Origin: a virus
Length of the DNA stretch: 64,000 nt
Virus record (IMG/VR): IMGVR_UViG_3300025809_002164
Location: 64,001 to 128,000 of that record
Strand: one strand, 5' to 3'
Shown here: piece after piece, positions 56,901-64,000 of the stretch
How the letters are laid out: every line of letters begins with the position of its first letter
Numbering within the stretch: the first letter of the stretch is position 1
Notes under the pieces: generated by a model
Database searches by the model: none
Seen by the model: the letters and a program-made list of their open reading frames with translations, nothing else
Told to the model about the DNA's origin: nothing
Made by a program: the position numbers and the translations under genes

Positions 56901-59900
56901 TTCAGGATTAGTACCTAATTTTATGTCTATTGGTTTAGGGCCTCATATGAACAGTAGCGATTGGCTAACCTCAAGTCTTAACCTAACCCGACAAAACTGG
57001 GACCAGGGCCAAAACCTAAAAGATGGTAGCTTTAGTGACTGGGTAGATTTCATAACAAAAGATCGCCAAATAGGCGTCCCGCTTCATTACAGAGACCGGC
57101 CGAGCAAAATAGACGAGATAGCTCAAAATAAATCGAACTCGAAAAGAGCTCGTCAGGCCAAAATACTCTACAATGACTACCTTAAAAATTTCACGAACAC
57201 AAACACTAAGAAAATCAAGATGTCTAAATTTGGAAATGTTCTTGAAATGGCTTTGGCTCAAAATTTCGGCAAAAAACCTACGTCAGCTTCATACCCAATG
57301 GACTTCACACATAATCCAATACATAAGCTTGACGGGAACCCTATAGTGAGTAGACAAACTTTAGGTCTCAACTCGCAGGTGGGAGATGCCGTTGTGACTT
57401 CTTCGGGACACGAAAAAAATAAGTTTTTCTCAAAAATTTTAGCTCACCAAATTAAATCAGGGTCAGCCGTCCTTGGAAAAAGAGGCAAATTTCCAGCAAG
57501 AATTAAAAACACAGGAGGATACAATGACTTAATCGGACACTCAGGCAAGACGAAACTTGATAAAACTGTTACAAACCATACAGCTACAGGAGCACAGTTA
57601 ACCAAAAAAAACGGCATCTTAGGGAAGTACTTAAATCCTAAGCAAAGTTATAAGTTAGATAAGTACAAAAAAGACTTCTGGAGTTACGACGAACTAGGCA
57701 TAAAGGCAGGTCAGGCTGTATCCAATTCGCAAGGTTTTATTCCAAATTATCTAAACACTGAAGAATTCGGCGACACCAGCACTAGCGCTGCCCAATTTAA
57801 TCAAAATAACGGACTCGACCTACAAACAGCTCTCTCAGGAGGCAAGGGTTTCAAGCTTACAAAATCTAACTTTCAAAAAGTAAGGCAATTCCTTAATAGT
57901 GCAGAATTCAGAAGTCTTCCTGCAGGAATTAAAACTCAATTAACAAACAAGCTCAGGATTCAATCAAAATTTCTAAAAATGGGAGATGTAACTAGACCTT
58001 ACTTAAAAGGCAAAACATCTTTTCCAGGTCGAATCGCAGTCTCTGGAGGTCTCATTCCGAATTTCTCCAACCCCTTGGCTGAAGCTATAGGTAGAGAAAA
58101 AGCAGCACTTTCAAGCCAGGGATCTACAGCTAAAGTCTATGTAGATCAGGATCAGAGACTTAAAGACACACTAAACCCTATGGGGCTAATGGTAGCAAAC
58201 AGAAGAGATGAGCCAATATCTGGTGCTCAAGGAGTTAATCGAGCAATTAATCAAGGGCTTAATCCGAAAACTCACGGCAGTTCAAATAATTCTACATATG
58301 ATTCAGGGCTAATTCCTAATTTCAACAGCCCAGTAGTAACGGGTACAGGCGGCAGTGTGTTCGCACCAGGTATTAAGGAATTAGATAAAGCAGCTAAGGA
58401 TACTGCTTCCAAAGTTAAAGATCACGGTAAATCTAGCAAAGAAGCATCAGGATCAGGAATGGATATGATGGGAGCAATGTTTGCTCTGACTAGTGTCTCA
58501 TATGCAGTTGAGGGAGCTTTAGGAGATGTCGACAGCTCCGCCGGAGCATTGGTTAAAACTCTCAATGCGGGAATAATGGGAGCTTCTCAGGGAGTAATGG
58601 TCTGGCAAGGCCTAAGTTCTGTAGGGGATAGCCTTATTAAGAAAAACACAAAGATGGGAAAAGCTATGGGTGTCGGAACAAAAATTCTCGGAGGTCTTGG
58701 CGCAGCTGTCGGAGTCCTAGTTCCAGTATTTCAAGCTTTAGGGGAAAATACCAGCATGCTGGATGGTCCGTTTGAAACTTTAGCTAAAAGTGTAAAAGAA
58801 ACATCGAAATCTATAGGGGCTCTAGGTAATGCCATAACTGCCCACACAGATCTAGAGTCTACTCGTAGTGAAATTTCACAATTAAATAATTCTCAAGATA
58901 AAAATACTTACGACGGAAGGATGAAACTATTAACCCTGCAGACGAAAGAAGCCAAAAATAACTCTGATTTAATTAAATCTGCTGGAGAACTTGGTAAAGC
59001 TTTAAACCTAACAGGAGCGGATCTTATGACAATGACATCTGGAACTGCTTTGGGCATGGAAAAACTACAAGAAAACATGTTAAAATACCAACAAGCACTT
59101 GCCGTAGAAACCGCGATGATGCAATTTACTAAAGGGCTAGGTAGTGGTGGGTTTGCTGGAATGTTCAAACAAGAAGGTACTGATTATGAAAGAAGGGCCG
59201 GCCAAGTGGGTGTAGCTCAGCAAATAGCTAGTCAATCAGAAAATCCCAAACAGTTAGACGAACAACTAAAAGTGTTTATGAAGGCCTTTTCTACCCTCAA
59301 AGAAGACTCCCAGCCCCTAAGAGACTCGGTCAGTACCTACCAGAATGTGTTGGCAGCAGGTAATAAAACAGGATTTGGAAGGTCCGCCGGATCACTTGCT
59401 ATGATGGCGAACAGTGCTAAGAATGAGCTTGGGATGGGAGTTGACGTGAGCAAGATTACTTCCACCTTTGAGAGTTCCGTCTCTAAGCTTCCTGTAGCCT
59501 ATCAAACTTTAGCATCCCAAATCATAAAGAACGCGCAATCAATGGAAATAGGGGATATTGAATCGCTCCTTAAAGGAGTTGAGAGTAATGCGAGGCTTTT
59601 AGTTAAAGATTCTAAAAAGTCAGCAGAACAACAAGTAATTAATTATAAATACCTAAGAGAGACTACTAGACTTAATCGAGAACTGGCCAACCGAACACAA
59701 CTATCATTAAATCAGGACAAAATAAACCTATCCTTAGGAAAAGAAAAGCAGGGAGTTCTAAAGTCAGCTCGAGCACACAATATAAAATACCTTGCAGCCC
59801 TGGGTGCGACAACTAAAGCCGCCACGCTTGAATCAGAGATGCTCGAAAAAAGCAAACAAATTGATCAAGATTTAATGAACAAAAAAACGGAAATAAATAA

Positions 59901-62900
59901 TAAATACAAAGCCGAAGGAATCAAGTATATTGACACATTATTTAACGATAAAAAAAATAGCCTTATCGATCCAGTATTAACTCAGAGCCAGGGGGGCAAG
60001 GATTCGAGTGGAAAGAGCCTTTCTGCTGAAAAAACATGGGAAAAATCTCAAAAAGAGCTACAGTCACGAATGATAGCAGCATCCTTCAATAACAAGGGCA
60101 TTGAAGAGGGCGGCACACAAGATCCAAAACTTCTAAAACTCAAGAAAGATTTAGGCCTTGCCCAGAACCAAGAACGAGTAAGCTTTCTATTTAAAGAGTA
60201 CATCCATTCCTTGAAGGATTCAGTAAAACAGCAAGAGGCCCTAAATAACTTTCAAAAAGCAAAGATAATACCAGAGCAGATAGACCTGGCAACGTTCTTC
60301 AGTCATTCCGTAAATCTTAAGAACCAAGAAATCAAGACGGAAGAAGACTCCGCTAAGGTTAAGAAAATCAACCTGGATGTAGTGAGAGCACAGCTCAATA
60401 TGGAAAAAGGAACTCTATCTCATGCCCAGAAAAGGCTTACAGATATCAAAGCTATCCCTTACCACCAATTAGACGAAGTAACAAAGGAACAAATAGACAC
60501 CAATAAAACTGTAGCTCAGGCTGACTACGAGATCCTTAGAAATAAAGAAATATATCTTTCCTTCGGAGAAGGTCTTGCATCCCTACAATCAGAGCAGCTT
60601 GAGGTTGAAAGGTTAAGAGTAAAAAAAGAATCGGATTCGCTCAATACTCAATCTAAAAGGCTAGATGCAGAAGAAAAGCTTAGAAAATCGACGGATGATT
60701 ATAAAAACATAATAAGGCTAAAGGTAGAAAATGAGCTTAAGACTTTAAGGAATTCTACTGATGATGATATTACGACTTTAAAAGAGGAGAAAAAACAGGG
60801 TGCCTTCGGAAAGCGAACTGAAGCCGGGAACAGTCAGTTGGTTAGGGACGAAGAAAGGGCGATGCTCAATCACATAGAAGCCTTAAAGCAAGGCACTTAT
60901 TCTCTCGGAGCTCTGCACAGCATGGCTGAGAGTACCAGATCTTTCGAAAAAGCCCTAATAGAAGCTAAAACAAAACTCGAGAACGGAGGCGACTTTCTAG
61001 AGGGTCAGCAAGGAGTAATTCTGGATACAGCTCACCAAAAAGGGGGCATAGAAAAACTTAAAGGAGAAAAATCAGTATTCAACGACAGAGGAGCAACAGT
61101 AAGAGTTGCAGAAACAGACCTGAAGATAGCTCAAGCGCACAAGGAGTTAAATTTAACAATGGGTGAAGGGAGTTTATTTGCGGACTCAATGAGAGTAAAA
61201 ATTGCTGAAGCAAATGTAGAAATGTCCAGGTTTGGCGAAACAATGGCCAACACGGCATTTGATGCGACCAAGGAAGGCTTTAAGGGGCTTATTCAAGACA
61301 TGGGAGACGGAACTAAATCTCTAGGTGACGTAGCCGCTAATTTCTTTGGAACTATAGTAGACAGAATGAATGAGAAGTTGATAGATAGAGCTGCAGGTCA
61401 ATTAACTGCAGGCCTAATGGAAGCCGCAGGCTTCAATCAAGGTGGCCATGTGGGATTCAATCAGGGAGGTCATGTCTCTAGGTATTCATCTGGAGGCACA
61501 ACTCGCCAAGTTCCAGCCATGTTGACCTCTGGAGAATATGTTGTACAAAAAAGAATAGTCGACAGGCTTGGAACTAACGAACTTAATAAAATTAACGACT
61601 CTGGATCCCTCGAGGAACTATATGATAAACCAAATAATGAGTCTTTTTCATTATTAAATGAAGGAGGCATAGCAAGCCCTCCAATCATAAAACTAAAAGA
61701 GGGAGGAGTTGCTAAAAATTATCTTTCAGGAATAGTAGGAACAATTAATAAATTCATGGGGGGCATAGTAAAAATGGCAGGGGGCGGAATACTATCCTCA
61801 AGCCCAGACGATAGTGCAGGTATGAAAATGGCAAAAGGGGCGGGCTACTTAGCAGGCTCAAGCCTCCATGCATATCAAAACAGAGGAGAAGGCAACCAAG
61901 GCCCTAGCGCTCCTAAAGCTCCGACCGCGCTCAACACACACTCCTCCTTGAATATTGACCCAACAGGAAACAGGATGAGTGCTAAATATAAAGCTAATGA
62001 TTCCTATCGTCAAGATTATGGGAAATATCTACTAGATAAATACCAGCATGATGTTGACACTAATAACCAAAAAGTAAAAAGTAGGGCATCTACAGCTCAA
62101 GGAATAGTAAATGGCATTGGATTCATGGGAATAGGAATGGCAGCTAGTGCAGCCGGAGATTACGCTAAAGCGGGAGGCTTTACCAAAGAGGGGCGAATGG
62201 CCATGCGTGCTGAAAAAGATGCTGCTGAATATGCAGCAAACCCTCAAGCTTACGCTCCTCCAGCAAAGGGCTCCGAAAGAATGCCCTACCATACAGGGGG
62301 TATAAACTTTAATTCTCCAGGTTCAGCAAACTCAAACCCAGCAGGAATAGGGGGAGGAGTCACAAATAATGTAAGCAATTCCACTCAAGCTGGAAACAAT
62401 TATCATACCGGTGGCATGAATTTCAATTCATCTCGCTCCACCCAGTCAAACTTAAATAAAGTTAATGACTACTCATGGACAAAAAATAACAACTTATCCT
62501 CAGGGCTCAAAAATCCATATCAACTGAATCAAGGAGGAATGATAAAGATGAGCTCCGGAGGTAAAGTTCACGGCCCAGGAGGTATTGATAAGGTTGGGCC
62601 AGTTATGCTCGATAGAGGTGAATTTGTGATAAAATCTTCCAGTGTTAATAAGATTGAAAAACAAAGTCCAGGATTCTTCAATAGGCTTAACTCAATGAAG
62701 ATGTATGAAGGAGGAATAGTTGACCCTTCAGCCAAAGCTGTGGCTAGCACCACAGAGAGTGGGAATACTCAAAACTCATCAAGCAATGTAACCATCAATA
62801 TCAACGTTTCTTCTGGAGGAGAAACTTCAGTTAGTGGCGGAGAAGCGAAGCAGCAAGCATTTGCATCCAAAATTAAAGAAGCTGTGGTTGGCATTATATC

Positions 62901-62940
62901 TCAAGAGAAAAGAGTAGGAGGCATGCTCAGTGGCAACTAA
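53986..62940 (+). CDS. phage tail tape measure protein (TP901-family core) with internal cargo modules
   Basis: 2984 aa; N-terminal EFSRQG..., DIKFAVSTDDL..AL.RAG..A..AGVSFDQL, IGNSFKTIF.R core; C-terminal PAMLTSGEYVV and VTININVS motifs. Confidence 0.92.
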   Translation: MSLGLRTHVIDLEQNINRIVRKVNAGGGIVVKVRASDFTQPLGRMSAKANEFTKSLEASNARVIAFGASAAIIGGVTLGFTQLVVQATKVEKILTDINVVLNTSTQNLEKFGNSLFKVARNTSQTLEVAAEAALEFSRQGLSMEETLKRTNDALILTRLTSLKAADSVKGLTAAVNGFADAGMTTAMVINKLSAVDIKFAVSTDDLINALSRAGAVAQDAGVSFDQLMGAVTSAQQITARGGAVIGNSFKTIFTRVQRGSTLQSLEDLGIAVRDIRGNTLPAMTVLQNLSSTYEKLGATTKAAVAEQVGGVFQINILKAAIKDLNAETSIYSQATKASSSATNEAYTKNAQLQKTLSSIANQTLTTVRELTANLGSLTIAPALQDFLSSANEVLGSFNKLFGDTEGESIGGDFAKGFARGLGSVLMGPGMMVAVLVFAKLFSQAFKFAKSSVKDLLQIQSIKEKEKAIQESIVDAMIKNVALSKELVKIDGDQVKQEQIVLALLKEQTAHIEQQRRIASDISPALRRAGVQPNLIVSKGSKHGSDGLIPNYSNTTPLERERERSGAQKGGYTAGAIAKMHVPKLGEVVYNKRESVRKFPGMQQPAIIPPISSKAGKKYQDNFSERHGFDPYGSSNNSTYNGGLIPNFASNTTEKSAIRAILDTLKKRKVKVLPNDPKLSFAANRYMEATKDREYPGGSVNFGKHKISMNEITLALKKHGNYMGDEDFYGNKAGGLIPNFALGASQLAGTNILKLPKAKMATQTTKSDFRGNRVKGWKNLEAPLDSIQKSAASYADEFNVLKGLGINVLQRKMFFTNKEDGGIRKSINTTDRKMAKSRGFQKNNRDNIAGSSYESGLYKNHLKDKGYNETWTGGYTPKGFQKGTGDPQSTVDFFKAGRLPIEAKYGKFTQANLIAKSIRLSSDRYIEDFLSSRGEGDIANNMANKKFQDASSTLSSLGHKNVDKSMVKKFGLSSGLVPNFMSIGLGPHMNSSDWLTSSLNLTRQNWDQGQNLKDGSFSDWVDFITKDRQIGVPLHYRDRPSKIDEIAQNKSNSKRARQAKILYNDYLKNFTNTNTKKIKMSKFGNVLEMALAQNFGKKPTSASYPMDFTHNPIHKLDGNPIVSRQTLGLNSQVGDAVVTSSGHEKNKFFSKILAHQIKSGSAVLGKRGKFPARIKNTGGYNDLIGHSGKTKLDKTVTNHTATGAQLTKKNGILGKYLNPKQSYKLDKYKKDFWSYDELGIKAGQAVSNSQGFIPNYLNTEEFGDTSTSAAQFNQNNGLDLQTALSGGKGFKLTKSNFQKVRQFLNSAEFRSLPAGIKTQLTNKLRIQSKFLKMGDVTRPYLKGKTSFPGRIAVSGGLIPNFSNPLAEAIGREKAALSSQGSTAKVYVDQDQRLKDTLNPMGLMVANRRDEPISGAQGVNRAINQGLNPKTHGSSNNSTYDSGLIPNFNSPVVTGTGGSVFAPGIKELDKAAKDTASKVKDHGKSSKEASGSGMDMMGAMFALTSVSYAVEGALGDVDSSAGALVKTLNAGIMGASQGVMVWQGLSSVGDSLIKKNTKMGKAMGVGTKILGGLGAAVGVLVPVFQALGENTSMLDGPFETLAKSVKETSKSIGALGNAITAHTDLESTRSEISQLNNSQDKNTYDGRMKLLTLQTKEAKNNSDLIKSAGELGKALNLTGADLMTMTSGTALGMEKLQENMLKYQQALAVETAMMQFTKGLGSGGFAGMFKQEGTDYERRAGQVGVAQQIASQSENPKQLDEQLKVFMKAFSTLKEDSQPLRDSVSTYQNVLAAGNKTGFGRSAGSLAMMANSAKNELGMGVDVSKITSTFESSVSKLPVAYQTLASQIIKNAQSMEIGDIESLLKGVESNARLLVKDSKKSAEQQVINYKYLRETTRLNRELANRTQLSLNQDKINLSLGKEKQGVLKSARAHNIKYLAALGATTKAATLESEMLEKSKQIDQDLMNKKTEINNKYKAEGIKYIDTLFNDKKNSLIDPVLTQSQGGKDSSGKSLSAEKTWEKSQKELQSRMIAASFNNKGIEEGGTQDPKLLKLKKDLGLAQNQERVSFLFKEYIHSLKDSVKQQEALNNFQKAKIIPEQIDLATFFSHSVNLKNQEIKTEEDSAKVKKINLDVVRAQLNMEKGTLSHAQKRLTDIKAIPYHQLDEVTKEQIDTNKTVAQADYEILRNKEIYLSFGEGLASLQSEQLEVERLRVKKESDSLNTQSKRLDAEEKLRKSTDDYKNIIRLKVENELKTLRNSTDDDITTLKEEKKQGAFGKRTEAGNSQLVRDEERAMLNHIEALKQGTYSLGALHSMAESTRSFEKALIEAKTKLENGGDFLEGQQGVILDTAHQKGGIEKLKGEKSVFNDRGATVRVAETDLKIAQAHKELNLTMGEGSLFADSMRVKIAEANVEMSRFGETMANTAFDATKEGFKGLIQDMGDGTKSLGDVAANFFGTIVDRMNEKLIDRAAGQLTAGLMEAAGFNQGGHVGFNQGGHVSRYSSGGTTRQVPAMLTSGEYVVQKRIVDRLGTNELNKINDSGSLEELYDKPNNESFSLLNEGGIASPPIIKLKEGGVAKNYLSGIVGTINKFMGGIVKMAGGGILSSSPDDSAGMKMAKGAGYLAGSSLHAYQNRGEGNQGPSAPKAPTALNTHSSLNIDPTGNRMSAKYKANDSYRQDYGKYLLDKYQHDVDTNNQKVKSRASTAQGIVNGIGFMGIGMAASAAGDYAKAGGFTKEGRMAMRAEKDAAEYAANPQAYAPPAKGSERMPYHTGGINFNSPGSANSNPAGIGGGVTNNVSNSTQAGNNYHTGGMNFNSSRSTQSNLNKVNDYSWTKNNNLSSGLKNPYQLNQGGMIKMSSGGKVHGPGGIDKVGPVMLDRGEFVIKSSSVNKIEKQSPGFFNRLNSMKMYEGGIVDPSAKAVASTTESGNTQNSSSNVTININVSSGGETSVSGGEAKQQAFASKIKEAVVGIISQEKRVGGMLSGN
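55621..58323 (+). repeat. seven dispersed G-[LF]-[IV]-P-N-[FY] peptide motifs in the TMP
   Basis: motifs start at 55621, 55909, 56185, 56905, 57733, 58048 and 58306 (residues 546, 642, 734, 974, 1250, 1355, 1441). Confidence 0.95.
61429..61476 (+). repeat. 24-bp tandem duplication encoding GFNQGGHV twice
   Basis: ggcttcaatcaaggtggccatgtg / ggattcaatcagggaggtcatgtc. Confidence 0.9.
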
Positions 62941-63733
62941 AAATGCCGTATTAAACTACGAGCAACAGTTCTATCTGTCTGGAGCTTTACTATCTGGAGT
63001 TACATCAATAGGTGGAGGCTACTCGATACAGGAAGAGCCTATAAACATAATAGGAAAAGGGCATAGCATGCCAGTCAGACAAGGGCCCCTGGTAGGTAAT
63101 TTCGACATATCGAGATACTACATAGGCGAAGATCCCCTTCTGTTCTACACTGGAGATAGCCCTATTAGTGGAAGTATCAATTTTAACGATAAAAGTTTCG
63201 GGTTCAATAGTGGATATTTAAGCGAGTATAGTATGTCTGCAGGCATAGGTCAAATACCTCAAGCTAATGCATCCTTAATAGTATATGGAGACATAGGATC
63301 CGGAATCGATGGTTCAGGATCCAACCCTCACCCTATAATTCAGATACCCAATCAAGGATCAATATCCCTAAATGCCAGCGGATATCAATCCAATAGGATA
63401 ACAAATTTTTCATACACATTAAGAATAGATAGATCTCCTGTCTACGAAATAGGTTCGCCCTTTCCAGTTCAAGTAGATAGAAAGTTTCCCTTAGTCCAGG
63501 AATCTTCATTTACTCTAGAAGTTGACGACCTAGAGGTGTCAAGAATGCGCGAATACTTAATAAAACCTAAACAGCAAAAAATTGAAATTAAATTTAAAAA
63601 CCCAATAGATTCATCTAAGATAGAAAGCTTTATCATACCAAAAGCAAGACTACTCTCTCAAGAAATCTCCTCAAGCAGTGAAGATCTCCTCACCGTAAAC
63701 CTAACCTATCGAGGTTACATTAATAAAAAATGA
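62930..63733 (+). CDS. tail-tube-like protein (tube initiator or distal tail)
   Basis: GYLSEYSMSAGIGQIPQANASL and RSPVYEIGSPFP...FPL align with both tube paralogues; directly after the TMP. Confidence 0.6.
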   Translation: MATKNAVLNYEQQFYLSGALLSGVTSIGGGYSIQEEPINIIGKGHSMPVRQGPLVGNFDISRYYIGEDPLLFYTGDSPISGSINFNDKSFGFNSGYLSEYSMSAGIGQIPQANASLIVYGDIGSGIDGSGSNPHPIIQIPNQGSISLNASGYQSNRITNFSYTLRIDRSPVYEIGSPFPVQVDRKFPLVQESSFTLEVDDLEVSRMREYLIKPKQQKIEIKFKNPIDSSKIESFIIPKARLLSQEISSSSEDLLTVNLTYRGYINKK

Positions 63734-64000
63734 CCTTTTTACCCTACGAAGACGTTCCTCTATATCTGGCGGTGGATGGGCATTCCGGCCAGTATATTTT
63801 CGCTGAAAATGCATCACTGTCCGTGTCTCAATCTTTACAAGTAAACAGACAGATAGATGATAATATTATAAGTGTATGTAATTGGAGTGATGGAGGCTTC
63901 ACTAATTATATTCCCCTAAATATGGTCGCCAATACAGCAACCACAGCCCTATTAGGGCCAACGAGTGGTCCTCCATCTCCACTAGCTACATCTATATATA
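63730..64000 (+). CDS. tail protein, 3'-truncated by the window
   Basis: ATGA overlap; MTFLPYEDVPLYLAVDGHSGQYIFAENASLSVSQSLQ... open to the end of the window. Confidence 0.7.
   Translation, partial: MTFLPYEDVPLYLAVDGHSGQYIFAENASLSVSQSLQVNRQIDDNIISVCNWSDGGFTNYIPLNMVANTATTALLGPTSGPPSPLATSIY

Noticed and set aside
54240-62753. Short minus-strand ORFs within the TMP and other short antisense ORFs in the track
   Set aside because: They are fully nested antisense to long, well-supported genes and have no recognisable motifs.
1-64000. tRNA/rRNA genes, introns, inteins, transposases
   Set aside because: None recognised by eye. Intergenic gaps are very short and nrdA looks uninterrupted. A tRNAscan/Infernal run would be needed to exclude them formally.

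Overview
This window is most consistent with part of a large, AT-rich tailed bacteriophage genome (Caudoviricetes, probably with a long non-contractile tail) rather than a cellular chromosome. It has four blocks. (1) 1-20.1 kb, minus strand: a dense glycan-biosynthesis cluster. It holds about 9 glycosyltransferase-like genes, gmd/fcl, a UDP-sugar dehydrogenase and a compositionally distinct amino-sugar cassette, and is interrupted by nrdA and a Nudix gene. (2) 20.3-29.2 kb, plus strand, sigma70-type promoters: dUTPase, a phage sigma factor, ssb, three more GT-B genes and a probable Rad52-like annealing protein. (3) 29.2-51.7 kb, minus strand: virion and tail genes. Five of them carry long mucin-like Thr/Pro/Ser (TITPTS)n tracts joined to PKD, Calx-beta, FN3-like or dockerin-like domains, and two are tail-tube paralogues. 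(4) 51.8-64 kb, plus strand: probable tail chaperones, a 2984-aa TP901-family tape measure protein (TMP) and a third tail-tube-like gene. Two candidate novel systems stand out. The first is a phage-encoded 'mucin coat': PTS-repeat virion proteins plus the phage's own glycosylation machinery, with a shared GTGTA late-promoter-like motif upstream of both gmd and the virion genes. The second is a modular TMP in which seven G-[LF]-[IV]-P-N-[FY] motifs delimit cargo domains, one or two of which look like PD-(D/E)xK nucleases. All functional calls come from motif recognition by eye; no searches were run.
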